Virus record (IMG/VR): IMGVR_UViG_3300042271_000115
Span: 4,173 to 68,172 of that record
Length of the DNA: 64,000 nucleotides
From: a virus
Lineage: Duplodnaviria > Caudoviricetes
Strand: one strand, 5' to 3'
Shown: positions 1-9,503 of the stretch, in pieces
How the letters are laid out: the number at the start of each line of letters is the position of its first letter
Position numbering within the stretch: position 1 is the stretch's first letter
Notes under the pieces: generated by a model
What the model saw: the letters and a program-made list of their open reading frames with translations, nothing else
The model's database searches: none
Told to the model about the DNA's origin: nothing
Program-made: the position numbers and the translations under genes

Positions 1-831
1 TATTAAGCCACATAGTGCGTAAAGCATATCTGGCTTTTCAGGAATAGTAATATCTGCAGGGCTTTTTACCAGCTCATCTAAGCTTGGTAACTTTGTATAT
101 ATATTTACAAAGGCTTCAAACTCAGCAGCAAATCCAGCTCCTACTGCTCCTTCTATAAGCTCACTTCTTACATCTTCTGGAGGATTACCATTAAGTATTC
201 TTCCAGCATGTGCTATTGTTCTTGGGCATGGGCTGTTAATAATATCAGAAGTAGGATTAAAGTCTAGCAGAAGTTGTGGTCTCCACTTGACGAAACTAAT
301 AAGTTGATGAGGCATATCATTTTCTATTGCCCAATCAATCCAGTCATCAAGAGAGGGAACAAGTTCCACTATCCATGCAAAGCGAGACTTTACAGGTTCA
401 AGTATTCCCGTTACACCAGCCTTATCTTCACGTCTATTTGTAGCAGCCATAAAGATAACCTTGTCTGATATCTTGAATCCATTAATTCTACGAGCCAGTA
501 TAAGCTGCATAGCTGCTGCCTGTACGCTCATTGGTGCTTGACCAAGATCATCAAGAAGGAATACTGTAAGCTTATCAGCATTGATAAGTTTATTTAATTC
601 ACCGAATGGTAGGAAGTGTGCTTCTTTGCCTTCCTTATCTGGGAATGGTAGCCCTTTATAGTCAGTAGGGTCTGACACCACTGGGTGACTTACAATAAGC
701 TCAGCATTTACTTCTCTGCATGCCTGAGCTACAATATCACTCTTGCCTACTCCAGGTGCTCCCTTAATTAATCCTGGAAGATTATTCTTGATAGCGAATT
801 TGATTGTGTTCTTTAGAATACTGGGGCGCAT
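1..831 (-). CDS. MoxR-like AAA+ ATPase (AAA_5 type), truncated by the window edge; not in the ORF track
   Basis: Manual translation from ATG at 831: MRPSILKNTIKFAIKNNLPGLIKGAPGVGKSDIV (Walker A), VFLLDDLGQA (Walker B), AATNRREDKAG (sensor I), VKSRF (Arg finger). Confidence 0.8.
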   Translation of the reverse strand, partial: MRPSILKNTIKFAIKNNLPGLIKGAPGVGKSDIVAQACREVNAELIVSHPVVSDPTDYKGLPFPDKEGKEAHFLPFGELNKLINADKLTVFLLDDLGQAPMSVQAAAMQLILARRINGFKISDKVIFMAATNRREDKAGVTGILEPVKSRFAWIVELVPSLDDWIDWAIENDMPHQLISFVKWRPQLLLDFNPTSDIINSPCPRTIAHAGRILNGNPPEDVRSELIEGAVGAGFAAEFEAFVNIYTKLPSLDELVKSPADITIPEKPDMLYALCGLI

Positions 832-1640
832 TATTTCTCCTTGTTTGTTAGTTTGTCTTCTACATATTGAACTCTTAATAAGCTTTCAATCTCTGCTGGT
901 ATATCATCTATATAGATAGCAGTAATATACTGATAGTGCGAATCTGTTCCACTACCGTATATTCTTATATCTGCAGGGAAAGGATTATCTTGCTTGGTAT
1001 ACATTATTGCAGCAAAGAAATCATCAAGATTTACCTTATTATATTTCTGTCCTATATCTATTTTAAGACTACCATTCTTATTTCTAAGAATAGAAAATCT
1101 ATATTCGCATATGCCATCTTTTAATTCTTTGTTGCTATATGTCCCTATAAGCGTTGAAATACCAAATGCGTTTAAGACACTAAGTGTTCTAGGATATCCC
1201 AATGACAGTATCTTACCCGTAAACAATACTTTGGGAATATACTTTTGTGTCTTGGTAACTATAGTGTTTCTTGTCCACGTATTATTGCTAAGCAGTGAGT
1301 TGTGATTCTTTATCTTTACCCATTTAAAATATGATGACTTGCTAAACACAGAAGATGATGGTTCTATAAGCCACCATGTAGTAAGATTACGAGACAATGT
1401 TAATTCTTTATCTATAATAAGCTTAATAACAATACAGTGTTTGTTGTAAGCATACTCTACTATGTCTGTGTTATCTTTTAATGCTTTAGTTATTGCTACA
1501 CCATAAGCGTTGTTTAGCTTGTATTTATTGCTTCGTGAAATAAAAGAATGAGATAATGGAAAGCTATACATGTCTTCATGTATAGACATTCGATGTTTTA
1601 GTTTTAATAGTAGCTTGTGTAGTTTCATTATCTTCTCCAT
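831..1640 (-). CDS. Hypothetical protein, 269 aa
   Basis: Long ORF in the operon; its stop overlaps the next start (TAATG). Confidence 0.6.
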   Translation of the reverse strand: MEKIMKLHKLLLKLKHRMSIHEDMYSFPLSHSFISRSNKYKLNNAYGVAITKALKDNTDIVEYAYNKHCIVIKLIIDKELTLSRNLTTWWLIEPSSSVFSKSSYFKWVKIKNHNSLLSNNTWTRNTIVTKTQKYIPKVLFTGKILSLGYPRTLSVLNAFGISTLIGTYSNKELKDGICEYRFSILRNKNGSLKIDIGQKYNKVNLDDFFAAIMYTKQDNPFPADIRIYGSGTDSHYQYITAIYIDDIPAEIESLLRVQYVEDKLTNKEK

Positions 1641-1646
1641 AAGTTT

Positions 1647-1670
1647 AGAGCCCCCAGAATAGGGGGCTCT
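1647..1670. terminator. GC-rich stem-loop (agagccccc-agaata-gggggctct)
   Basis: 9-bp perfect inverted repeat between two ORFs; T-run only on the + side; overlaps the likely RBS of the 1640 ORF. Confidence 0.35.
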
Positions 1671-1687
1671 CTTTTACTAAGTCAATG

Positions 1688-2239
1688 TTAGGAAATTCTA
1701 ACATTGTTTTCTTTCACGTACTTGACTCCAGCTACTTCTATCATGTCACTTTTATATAGTTCCTTAATCTTTATCTTGTCTGGGATCATGTTAATAGATT
1801 TAGGTTCTATAATGTCTTTAATCTTTTCATACTCATCATAAGAAAGCTTTAGCTCTACAGTTTTATAAGATGCTGGAATTTCTTCTTCATCATCAACTTG
1901 AATCTTTAATGGATTCTGAGTTAATGTTACTTTATATACTCCGTTTGTTAATGTCTTCTGACCCGAAGCAGTCATAACATCGATGATTCTATCTTTCCAC
2001 CATGCTGCTCTTTGTGTAAGCTGCTTAGCTTTCTTAGTAAGTCTATCAGCTTCTTCTTTGCATATCTTTGCATATCCTTCGAGTTCATCACGAATAGAAG
2101 CAAGGTCAAATACTTTTGCTATAGTAATAGCATTTACTTTTTCCATATATTCTTCTATTTCTTTAGTGATGACTCCACCAGATTCCTCAAGCATATCGTC
2201 AAGCTTACGATATTTTTCTTCATACTTCATTAAGTTCAT
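1688..2239 (-). CDS. Siphovirus Gp157-like protein
   Basis: Coiled-coil N-terminal half (KEEADRLTKKAKQL), then VTLTQNPLKIQVDDEEEIP...PDKIKIKELYK...VAGV; typical size and recombination-module context. Confidence 0.75.
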   Translation of the reverse strand: MNLMKYEEKYRKLDDMLEESGGVITKEIEEYMEKVNAITIAKVFDLASIRDELEGYAKICKEEADRLTKKAKQLTQRAAWWKDRIIDVMTASGQKTLTNGVYKVTLTQNPLKIQVDDEEEIPASYKTVELKLSYDEYEKIKDIIEPKSINMIPDKIKIKELYKSDMIEVAGVKYVKENNVRIS

Positions 2240-2248
2240 GTCTGTCTC

Positions 2249-2725
2249 CTAACAGCATCGTCTACCATACTCTGCTAAGAGTATAGCTTCTGCTATATTA
2301 TCATCTGATTTGATTGTTTTAATAAGCTCAGGGAAGAATTGTTTAGCTAGCTTAATAGAAGCAGACTTGCCTTTCTTCTCAAGATTAAAATACTTTTTCC
2401 ATTTTGTTCCGTCTACTTCTTCAAACGGAATTTCAAGACTAATCAAGATGCCTATAATAATACCATAGTTTGTCAATGATGTATGAACTCCCTTTTGTGG
2501 ATACCTGTATGGGATAAGAGTCTTACATCTTGGACATGGCTTCTTACCAATCATTTGTTTGGTAATTTGCTTTTCTATAATTACTTTAGCTCCAATATCT
2601 TTTATGCTAGCAAGAATATTAACAAGCTCTTCTCTATTTTCTTCTTGCGGCATCTTAAAGATAGTGGGCTCTTCTGTCATTATAGCTATGGCGCCCTTCT
2701 TTCCTGGGTCTATACCAACGAACAT
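2249..2725 (-). CDS. RuvC-like Holliday junction resolvase with an inserted CxxC
   Basis: FVGIDPGKKGAIA at the N-terminus, IIEKQ, KWKK, DNIAEAILLAEYG; CPRCK insertion. Confidence 0.8.
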   Translation of the reverse strand: MFVGIDPGKKGAIAIMTEEPTIFKMPQEENREELVNILASIKDIGAKVIIEKQITKQMIGKKPCPRCKTLIPYRYPQKGVHTSLTNYGIIIGILISLEIPFEEVDGTKWKKYFNLEKKGKSASIKLAKQFFPELIKTIKSDDNIAEAILLAEYGRRCC

Positions 2726-3282
2726 GATACCTCCATTGTCTTCAGCTCTTGTCTTAATAGCTGTGGACTATACCTAAAATACTTACCATTATCAGATAGA
2801 TAATAGTTTGCTTTTGCAATCTCTTCTATTTCATTTTTGAAGTATTTAGTAGTTCTTAAAGAGAATAGTTTTCTTTTTGATATAAGGAAGTCTTCATTCT
2901 TATCGTCGTGATTAACCATTATACGATGTTTCTTCCAGTTATCTTTAAGAGGGCGAGAGAGAGCTATAAGAACAGCATTGTAATATTTTAACTTTCTTAG
3001 TTCAATAATTTCTTGTGGTACACCCATGTTGTCATTAGGGCTTGAAGCAGAAGAATTTGTTCTCTTTGCTTGAGCCATTATTGCACTAAACTTGTTCTGA
3101 GCTTCAGCTATGAAAGAAGCTTCACGTTTTCTTGCTGCTCCTATATCTTTAGCGGCATCCAAAATAGTTTGAGTCGCTATAAGTATTCTATCAATATATA
3201 CTGAGATATCTTTATTCTTTTCTTCTGCTCTTAAAAGAGCATCCTGTGCTCCGCTTGTAAGTGTTATGTATGTGTTGTCCAT
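2710..3282 (-). CDS. Hypothetical protein, 190 aa
   Basis: ORF in the operon with an aggag RBS. Confidence 0.6.
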   Translation of the reverse strand: MDNTYITLTSGAQDALLRAEEKNKDISVYIDRILIATQTILDAAKDIGAARKREASFIAEAQNKFSAIMAQAKRTNSSASSPNDNMGVPQEIIELRKLKYYNAVLIALSRPLKDNWKKHRIMVNHDDKNEDFLISKRKLFSLRTTKYFKNEIEEIAKANYYLSDNGKYFRYSPQLLRQELKTMEVSCSLV

Positions 3283-3291
3283 TACAATCTC

Positions 3292-5130
3292 CTATTTGTA
3301 AATGATTTTGAATCTGCCACCTCGTGTCCTGAATAGCTCTAGCTTATCTTCTGGCACAGGGGCGTATGTATCAGCTAAGAATTCTACTATCTTTATAGAC
3401 TTATTTGATGATGGCTTGATAGATAGAACTTTCCTTGATTGATTTTCTATAGAACCTGATCCTTTTCCTGAGAAGAGTGTTATGTTTCCTTCTCTACTAT
3501 CATCTCTTCTTGTCTGTGATACAAGGAAAAAGATGACACCAGTTTGTTGAGCTATCTGTTGAACACCTACCATAAAATCTTTTATGCCTTGGTGCTCAGT
3601 CTTAGCTTCAGCAACAGCATGGTCTATAGTGTCAATGACTATAATCTCTGGCCTATCTTGAGACTCACATTGTTTCTTAATTGTATTGATTGTTGGTAGG
3701 CCATCAATAGGAACTACTTTGGAAAGTCTTTCTTTCCATTTATCATAAAGAGATGCTTGATATTCAAGTGATCTTGTTATATGATAGTCTGGAACATCTT
3801 CAAGCATTTGTAATGCAGTGAAGTAGAACAAGTCTGAAGGTTGTTCAGACGAGTAATAATAAGTCTTTCTTAGTTGTTCTATTGGCAGAAGAGTATTATT
3901 GTGCATATTAACACCATACAAAAGGTTCTTCATTAGAGTTGTTTTCCCTGCCTTTGTTACACCAAGAAGGGATATAATTTCTCCTCGTATAGCTGCGAAA
4001 TCATCTACACCAAACTGAGCGCCTATTTGTAAACCTTCCTTTCTCATCTTTACAAAGTTTATTTTCTTTGCTTGATTGATAATGAGATCAGGATCTGGAC
4101 TCTCTGCTGTAGCATGATTGCGCTCAGAGTAATGTATGCATCTGGTTGAGCAAAGCTCACCATTTACTCCACGCTTTTGCGCGTTATTGCACGAATAATC
4201 ATATCCTCTTCTATATGCTTGTTCCACAAGTTCTACAATGGCTTTTGTCTCAAGTGGAGTAGTATGGTCATCAATCTTATTATTCCACATTAAGAGAAAT
4301 TCTTTAGTCATCATAGATGGAACTCCTGCGGAAGCGAAATGAGCTGAAAGGATTAAGGTATCAATATGTCTTGAGCCCTCGATAGGGCCTCGTACGAGTC
4401 TATTATAGATACATGAAGCCCGTTTATAGGGCTCTATAACTTTTTCATACGAGGCTATCTTGGGCAATTCTGTAGGGACATAGCTAGCCAGTTCTCCATC
4501 TCCATAATGCTCAGGCCAGTTAAAGTTAAGTCTCTTGCTTTTTGCAAGTTCCTTAATTTCATCCGGCTTAAGGGTAAGAGCTTCATATCTTGTAATAGGT
4601 ATTTTATAGAGGCCGCTCTTTGCATTAATGGAATGAGGACATCTGATAAGTGCTTTTCTATGATAGATACTATGATCTATAGCATCTAGCATATCAAGTT
4701 CTCCCAATAGCTTTTCTTTTGTAAGCCTGACAACAAGCTCTAAGTCTTGATGGCTTTCTGGGAAACCAAAGCAATCTCCATGTATCATAATATGATATCC
4801 TCTGCCAGAGAAATATAACTTATAGTTTTCTTCTCTTAGCCCAAGTTCATCAAAATGATACAAGAACTTTTTAACTATGTTTAATACTCCTTCATCAGAA
4901 GTATCTCCCTTGTCTATGTCTATAGGAAACCATGGGAGATAAGCTTGTATCATCCAGTCCCTTACAGGTGTATCTGAAAGAATATCCTTATCTTGGTCTC
5001 TATATCCATAGATTGACATACCAATTTGCTCGTCACCATTAGCCAATACCCAGTCATATAATTCATCTTCATGAATAAGAATACCTCTTGGCTTGGAAAA
5101 TCCTTTCCCTTTGGCGACTTCGTAAAGCAT
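3292..5130 (-). CDS. Fused AEP primase(-polymerase) and SF4/RecA-like helicase
   Basis: AEP motifs FPIDIDKGD, FSGRGYHI, DHSIY...IRCPHSIN; PriCT-like GSRH; helicase motifs LLGVTKAGKTT, IIVIDTID, LVSQTRR, GSGSIENQSRKVL. Confidence 0.85.
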   Translation of the reverse strand: MLYEVAKGKGFSKPRGILIHEDELYDWVLANGDEQIGMSIYGYRDQDKDILSDTPVRDWMIQAYLPWFPIDIDKGDTSDEGVLNIVKKFLYHFDELGLREENYKLYFSGRGYHIMIHGDCFGFPESHQDLELVVRLTKEKLLGELDMLDAIDHSIYHRKALIRCPHSINAKSGLYKIPITRYEALTLKPDEIKELAKSKRLNFNWPEHYGDGELASYVPTELPKIASYEKVIEPYKRASCIYNRLVRGPIEGSRHIDTLILSAHFASAGVPSMMTKEFLLMWNNKIDDHTTPLETKAIVELVEQAYRRGYDYSCNNAQKRGVNGELCSTRCIHYSERNHATAESPDPDLIINQAKKINFVKMRKEGLQIGAQFGVDDFAAIRGEIISLLGVTKAGKTTLMKNLLYGVNMHNNTLLPIEQLRKTYYYSSEQPSDLFYFTALQMLEDVPDYHITRSLEYQASLYDKWKERLSKVVPIDGLPTINTIKKQCESQDRPEIIVIDTIDHAVAEAKTEHQGIKDFMVGVQQIAQQTGVIFFLVSQTRRDDSREGNITLFSGKGSGSIENQSRKVLSIKPSSNKSIKIVEFLADTYAPVPEDKLELFRTRGGRFKIIYK

Positions 5131-5131
5131 C

Positions 5132-5770
5132 TTAGATTGTCCGTTTTATAGGTTTAGTTTGTTCTGTTTGTTTATGTTGTTCCATCTCTTTGGCTTTATT
5201 TTCTAGATAGAGAAGCTGGTCTTGATATTCTTTTTCAGCATAAGCTATGCCTGCTTCTGTATTTGGATAGATGAATCTAGAACATCTAAAGAAATACTTA
5301 CTAGCATAATCTCCAGTACCTTTTGCTTTATACACATAGACCACTACACGAAATCCTTGCCTATTCATAATCTCCGTGTTAAGCCAGAATGGGATTTGGT
5401 CTTCTTGGATAATGTTACCTTGTTCATCTTCAAAGGCTCCCTTCGGATTATAACCAGCTTTCTTAAAGCCAAGCTCATTTAGTATTGTATTGTTGATATC
5501 TTTCAAGCCTCTAGAGTTTTTAATATCAACCATACCATCTTTATCATATACAATTTTAATGGGGATATAAATATCATGTTCTCTATCATGTTCTTCAGGT
5601 CTTACCTTAAAGATAATGACATAGTTATTGCTTGGATCCTTAATATATTTACTGTTAGGCAACATAGGATCAGAAGGTTCTCTGCAATCTACCGATAATA
5701 TTTCGGCTTTCAATACTCCAACAGGCTTGGGGGTGTATCCAGTTGTACTGTCAAATGTGATTCTTGGCAT
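5132..5770 (-). CDS. Putative ssDNA-binding protein (DUF669-like position and size)
   Basis: Lies between the AAA_24 ATPase and the primase-helicase; beta-rich N-terminus; mainly a contextual call. Confidence 0.35.
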   Translation of the reverse strand: MPRITFDSTTGYTPKPVGVLKAEILSVDCREPSDPMLPNSKYIKDPSNNYVIIFKVRPEEHDREHDIYIPIKIVYDKDGMVDIKNSRGLKDINNTILNELGFKKAGYNPKGAFEDEQGNIIQEDQIPFWLNTEIMNRQGFRVVVYVYKAKGTGDYASKYFFRCSRFIYPNTEAGIAYAEKEYQDQLLYLENKAKEMEQHKQTEQTKPIKRTI

Positions 5771-5779
5771 TGTATCTCC

Positions 5780-6178
5780 TTATGTTAGTTTTGTGAAGTT
5801 CTCAAAGAACTTTATCTCAGATGTTATCTTTTCAAGTTTAAGCTCTTGCTCATGCTTGGCAGAGTATAGCTTCTCAAGCATTGATTCTTTTGAAATTAGC
5901 ATACCCATTGATGCTGTTTTAGCTAATAGATATTTGTCTTTCGTATCTTCTGTAATTGGCACTGTGATGATTTTATCATCCTTGTAAATAGTAACAGCAA
6001 TGGCAGACAAATCTGATCCATTGTCAGCAAAGCCTGTAACTATACCTGGGCAGATAGACCAGTCAGAGTATCCTTTTGCGAATACTACAACTGGTGAACC
6101 AATATTAAGTTCAGACATATCCTTAATATCGTTATCATCAAAAGTTAATACAGAAGAATTTACTTTAATCTGTTGCAT
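5780..6178 (-). CDS. Hypothetical protein with an SH3/KOW-like N-terminal half and coiled-coil tail
   Basis: LNIGSPVVV...GIVTGF pattern; ORF in the operon. Confidence 0.5.
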   Translation of the reverse strand: MQQIKVNSSVLTFDDNDIKDMSELNIGSPVVVFAKGYSDWSICPGIVTGFADNGSDLSAIAVTIYKDDKIITVPITEDTKDKYLLAKTASMGMLISKESMLEKLYSAKHEQELKLEKITSEIKFFENFTKLT

Positions 6179-7064
6179 CTTTTCTCTCCTGATATTTTTG
6201 ACAGGCGTTCATAATAACATTGTATAATGTATTATTGCCTGCCCTGTCCCAGATGAACTTGCGACCGTGTAGTGGTTCAATACGGGTGCCCATAATTACC
6301 TCAGAGTAACCTCTGAAGTCAGCAATATGCTTGCCTGCCTGATCTACTTCGAGGGTTACTATAGCCTCAGCATTGTAGCCTAAGCGTGAAGCAAGTCCTT
6401 CTGGCATAGCAGGTACACGTTTAACTACTACGTCTCTTCCATCAGTAATAGAAATAGACTTTTTCAGGTGAGAGATTAGTATTAGTATGCCATTATCTTT
6501 GATAATGTCAAGTAGTGTATTAACTACACTCATAACTTTTTCTCTACCTCTAGTGTATGCTGCAGCGTATGGAATATCTTCAGGACTAACAGCATGAAGT
6601 ATCTGAAGGTTAGGTTGTTTCTTTGTTTTCTCTTCAGCTATAAGCTCATGCATTGCTGCTTCTACGCACCATAGATTTAGTTTATCTACTGTATCTATGA
6701 TGAGTGTAGTTTTGCCTGAGGTTGTCCACTCATGGTCTATTAGCTCTAGTGCTTCAGCCATAGATAATGAAGGAACAGGGTTACCACTACTGTCTTTAAG
6801 TCCTCTGTCGATTGGTAAGATAATATTATTATCTTTGTAAGGTGGGTTAAGGGAAGTTATTTGGATAGAGATAGCTTTATCTGTACGTACTCCTTGCTCA
6901 AGATCAAGGAATAGCACACCATCTTCTCCATTAGGAGAGAATGTAGAGAAAGCCGTAGTCTTTCCAGTTTTCTCAAATCCTACTGCCATCCAGTAGGTAC
7001 CTGGACTAAGCTTAGACCAGTCTGGTTTAGTGTTAGCCAGGTAGTCTTGTAATTGATACTTCAA
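6165..7064 (-). CDS. AAA_24 / Sak4-like recombination ATPase, canonical order
   Basis: AVGFEKTGKTT (Walker A) at the N-terminus, VLFLDLEQG, LIIDTVD (Walker B), LILISHLK. Confidence 0.75.
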   Translation of the reverse strand: MKYQLQDYLANTKPDWSKLSPGTYWMAVGFEKTGKTTAFSTFSPNGEDGVLFLDLEQGVRTDKAISIQITSLNPPYKDNNIILPIDRGLKDSSGNPVPSLSMAEALELIDHEWTTSGKTTLIIDTVDKLNLWCVEAAMHELIAEEKTKKQPNLQILHAVSPEDIPYAAAYTRGREKVMSVVNTLLDIIKDNGILILISHLKKSISITDGRDVVVKRVPAMPEGLASRLGYNAEAIVTLEVDQAGKHIADFRGYSEVIMGTRIEPLHGRKFIWDRAGNNTLYNVIMNACQKYQERKDATD

Positions 7065-7091
7065 GGTTTATACCTCCTTTGATTTTTTTTT

Positions 7092-7119
7092 AGTCTTATT
7101 AACAGAATGTTTATGTCAA
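7092..7119 (-). promoter_or_regulatory. Putative sigma70-type promoter for module A
   Basis: TTGACA-16 nt-AAGACT on the minus strand, upstream of the AAAGGAGG RBS of the AAA_24 gene. Confidence 0.4.
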
Positions 7120-7123
7120 GAAC

Positions 7124-7279
7124 TTATTCATATGGATCATCTAAGCTTCTATTTAACATAAACAGAAAGACCACTGCAGCTATAATCAATGCTATTGTCT
7201 GATTGCTAATAGAATTGATAAATACGAACACTAGTATCGCTATAATGAGTTCGTATATGAATATCATAAAGCTCGTCAT
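7124..7279 (-). CDS. Small membrane protein, 51 aa (below the ORF track cutoff)
   Basis: Manual translation MTSFMIFIYELIIAILVFVFINSISNQTIALIIAAVVFLFMLNRSLDDPYE; two hydrophobic helices; AAGGAGG RBS. Confidence 0.6.
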   Translation of the reverse strand: MTSFMIFIYELIIAILVFVFINSISNQTIALIIAAVVFLFMLNRSLDDPYE

Positions 7280-7320
7280 AAAACCTCCTTATGTTATTCA
7301 GCATGCAGTGGTCATACAGG

Positions 7321-8040
7321 TCAGCTATTGGTGCCTTGTTGACAATCAATGTCTGCCATAAGAAGCCTTAACATCTCTGGTGAGGCAAATGATTTAACTA
7401 TGTCTTCTGGATCGATGCGGTTGGCTGGTGAGGCGTTTATGAATTTCATCTCTTCACCAGTGAGTAACACTTTTACAGTAGTAAGCCCATTGTATATGCT
7501 CATGACCCTGCATACTAGGTCATGTTCATATAGTGCGAGAGGAGCTTTGATCCAGTCTCCTGCTTTAAGCTTAGGCTTACTGTAGAATGAGATACCAATT
7601 ATCCCTGATGAGACTTTAAGCCATTTGTCTGTTGACATCACAGTCACTTCTTTGGTTTTCTTACTGACACGGTAAACTTTTCCTTCGCGCATATGAGCGT
7701 ACTCGTAATCGCTGTTAGGCCAAGTTATCTTCTTACCGATAGACATTTGGTATAGCCACCATAGAGAAGATTCTGCTGGGACTTGTTTGCCAATCATTTC
7801 CAGTCTGTGGATACTGTCACCTTTATTGGAGTTACGATACATAGCGATTCTACTATTGATGATTTTATCAACAATGCGCTCTTCGTTAAGCTCCTGCTTG
7901 CTAACTAAATCTGCGTTTAGTAATCCCATGCGAGTTGGCCCTTGATAGTATCTTACCAACAGTGGAGTTTTGGTATTGATACCTATGTAAGTTGGTTCGA
8001 TATAATAGAACACTTCTCCGTTAATTTCCTTAAAGTTCAT
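7321..8040 (-). CDS. Early protein, 239 aa; paralog of 63449-63931; C-terminal KOW/SH3-like domain
   Basis: Near-identical N-terminus to the 63449 ORF; KLKAGDWIK...CRVMSIYNGLTTVKVL tail. Confidence 0.7.
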   Translation of the reverse strand: MNFKEINGEVFYYIEPTYIGINTKTPLLVRYYQGPTRMGLLNADLVSKQELNEERIVDKIINSRIAMYRNSNKGDSIHRLEMIGKQVPAESSLWWLYQMSIGKKITWPNSDYEYAHMREGKVYRVSKKTKEVTVMSTDKWLKVSSGIIGISFYSKPKLKAGDWIKAPLALYEHDLVCRVMSIYNGLTTVKVLLTGEEMKFINASPANRIDPEDIVKSFASPEMLRLLMADIDCQQGTNS

Positions 8041-8109
8041 TTGGTTCTCCTTGACAATCCACCATCTTTTCTATTGATTCAAATGGAACTTCAGCATAAC
8101 AGTTCTCAC
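7583..8109 (+). repeat. Long imperfect direct repeat, copy 1 (copy 2 at 63474-64000)
   Basis: Aligns by eye at a constant offset of 55,891 bp; identical over 7983-8109, with scattered substitutions and one diverged patch leftward. Confidence 0.95.
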
Positions 8110-8284
8110 AATAGATATCAAAATCATCATTATCATTATCTACAATGCTTGGTCTATCATGGTCGAGCAATAAGTCACCATCATCATCCAAGCCAAGAAC
8201 ATCAAGCTGAATCCATTGGAATGGTTTTTCAACTATTAGTTTATGCCCGCCGCAGTGCGGGCAAGTAAAGTTAATTTTTTTCAT
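8030..8284 (-). CDS. Zinc-ribbon protein (CPHC...CENC)
   Basis: Two CxxC pairs; homologous to the C-terminal domain of the upstream ORF. Confidence 0.7.
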   Translation of the reverse strand: MKKINFTCPHCGGHKLIVEKPFQWIQLDVLGLDDDGDLLLDHDRPSIVDNDNDDFDIYCENCYAEVPFESIEKMVDCQGEPNEL

Positions 8285-8780
8285 TGTTTACTCCTTGTAG
8301 GTTATCGTTGTTTTGTTTAATTATTTCTTGTTCAGTAATTTGAGCAAAGCACTCATCACAGAATAATACTGGATCATCTTCTTCGTCGATATAAAACTCT
8401 GCGTTCTCATAATCGTAAGATACAAAGCCATCTTTGTCTATTCCGACTACATCCATTCTCATCCTTTGATATACTTTTTCTCCAAACACTTTGTGCCCGC
8501 CGCAGTGCGGGCAGTTAAACTTAAACTTTTCATTGTTGTTATTCTCTCTGAATGAATAAAAGACACCATCTAATAAGAAGCTGTTCACGTATTCATTATC
8601 ACGATACATTGATTGTAGTTTTTCACAAGCATCAATTGACTCAGGATTATTCTCTTCATCGAGCCAACCAAGAGCCCATTCGGTAAAATGCTTCATTGCT
8701 AAATCGTAACTCTCTGCAATAAATGTAGCCAAGATATCTCTTTCCCCGCCACGAGAAAGACTTATAATTTCATATGTCAT
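8271..8780 (-). CDS. Protein with a C-terminal zinc ribbon (CPHC...CDEC)
   Basis: FKFNCPHCGGHK...LFCDEC. Confidence 0.7.
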   Translation of the reverse strand: MTYEIISLSRGGERDILATFIAESYDLAMKHFTEWALGWLDEENNPESIDACEKLQSMYRDNEYVNSFLLDGVFYSFRENNNNEKFKFNCPHCGGHKVFGEKVYQRMRMDVVGIDKDGFVSYDYENAEFYIDEEDDPVLFCDECFAQITEQEIIKQNNDNLQGVNNEKN

Positions 8781-8974
8781 AATTTTTCTCCGTTTGCTTT
8801 TCTTCTATTTAATTCTTCTATATATATATTATAATTGAGGATAGACAGGGCTTCGTCTCCCCTTACGTAATCCTCGTCATAGTACATTGAGTCAGGGTCG
8901 GCAGGATTCCAACAGCTGTACATGGCAACATAAAACCCATCTCTTGTTACATGTTCTCCATTACTGTTCAACAT
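8777..8974 (-). CDS. Small acidic early protein
   Basis: Overlapping stop/start within the operon. Confidence 0.55.
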   Translation of the reverse strand: MLNSNGEHVTRDGFYVAMYSCWNPADPDSMYYDEDYVRGDEALSILNYNIYIEELNRRKANGEKL

Positions 8975-9002
8975 AATTTATTCCAGTCATTTGTTTAAAA
9001 GC

Positions 9003-9024
9003 AGCGGGGCATTCCAGCCCCGCT
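9003..9024 (-). terminator. Intrinsic terminator-like hairpin
   Basis: agcggggc/gccccgct 8-bp stem followed by gcTTTT on the minus strand. Confidence 0.55.
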
Positions 9025-9040
9025 AAGAAGTGATTATAAA

Positions 9041-9319
9041 TTAATGGTTTTTCATCTCCCAGTCCCAGGCTCCGACTGGGATAGGACCGAATGTCCATTT
9101 GTATTGTATTCCGTCATCACTTTCATCATTACCTCTGATAAAGTAAGATGAGTGATGGACTTTATCATCCATCACTATAGGGTGACGGATCTCTGTGATG
9201 TTATCCATTACGCTTATATGGTAGAATGCTGTTACCTCAATCTGCTCGCCTAAAGGACGAACAGTGAATTGGATATCCATTTTCACCAATTCGGTGATAA
9301 GATTCATAAGTTGATTCAT
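9041..9319 (-). CDS. Early hypothetical protein (probable start MNQLMNL)
   Basis: AAGGAG RBS before the ATG at 9319, inside track ORF 9041-9376. Confidence 0.6.
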   Translation of the reverse strand: MNQLMNLITELVKMDIQFTVRPLGEQIEVTAFYHISVMDNITEIRHPIVMDDKVHHSSYFIRGNDESDDGIQYKWTFGPIPVGAWDWEMKNH

Positions 9320-9503
9320 GATTTTCTCCTTGTTAAAGTTAATGTGTAAAAGATAAAAACAAGAACCGTCCCTCAAGAAGAGGTGACGGGTTATAGGTAT
9401 GTCTCATTCACAAAGATTTCTCCTTGTGAATTGACAATAAATATAATGTTGTCGGGTTTTTCACCATAGCAGTTGGTTATTGTGTGTAGTACTTTTTCCA
9501 TGA

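Noticed and set aside
7583-8109. Simple circular-assembly overlap or exact terminal repeat
   Set aside because: The copies differ by many substitutions left of 7983, and the flanking genes downstream are entirely different.
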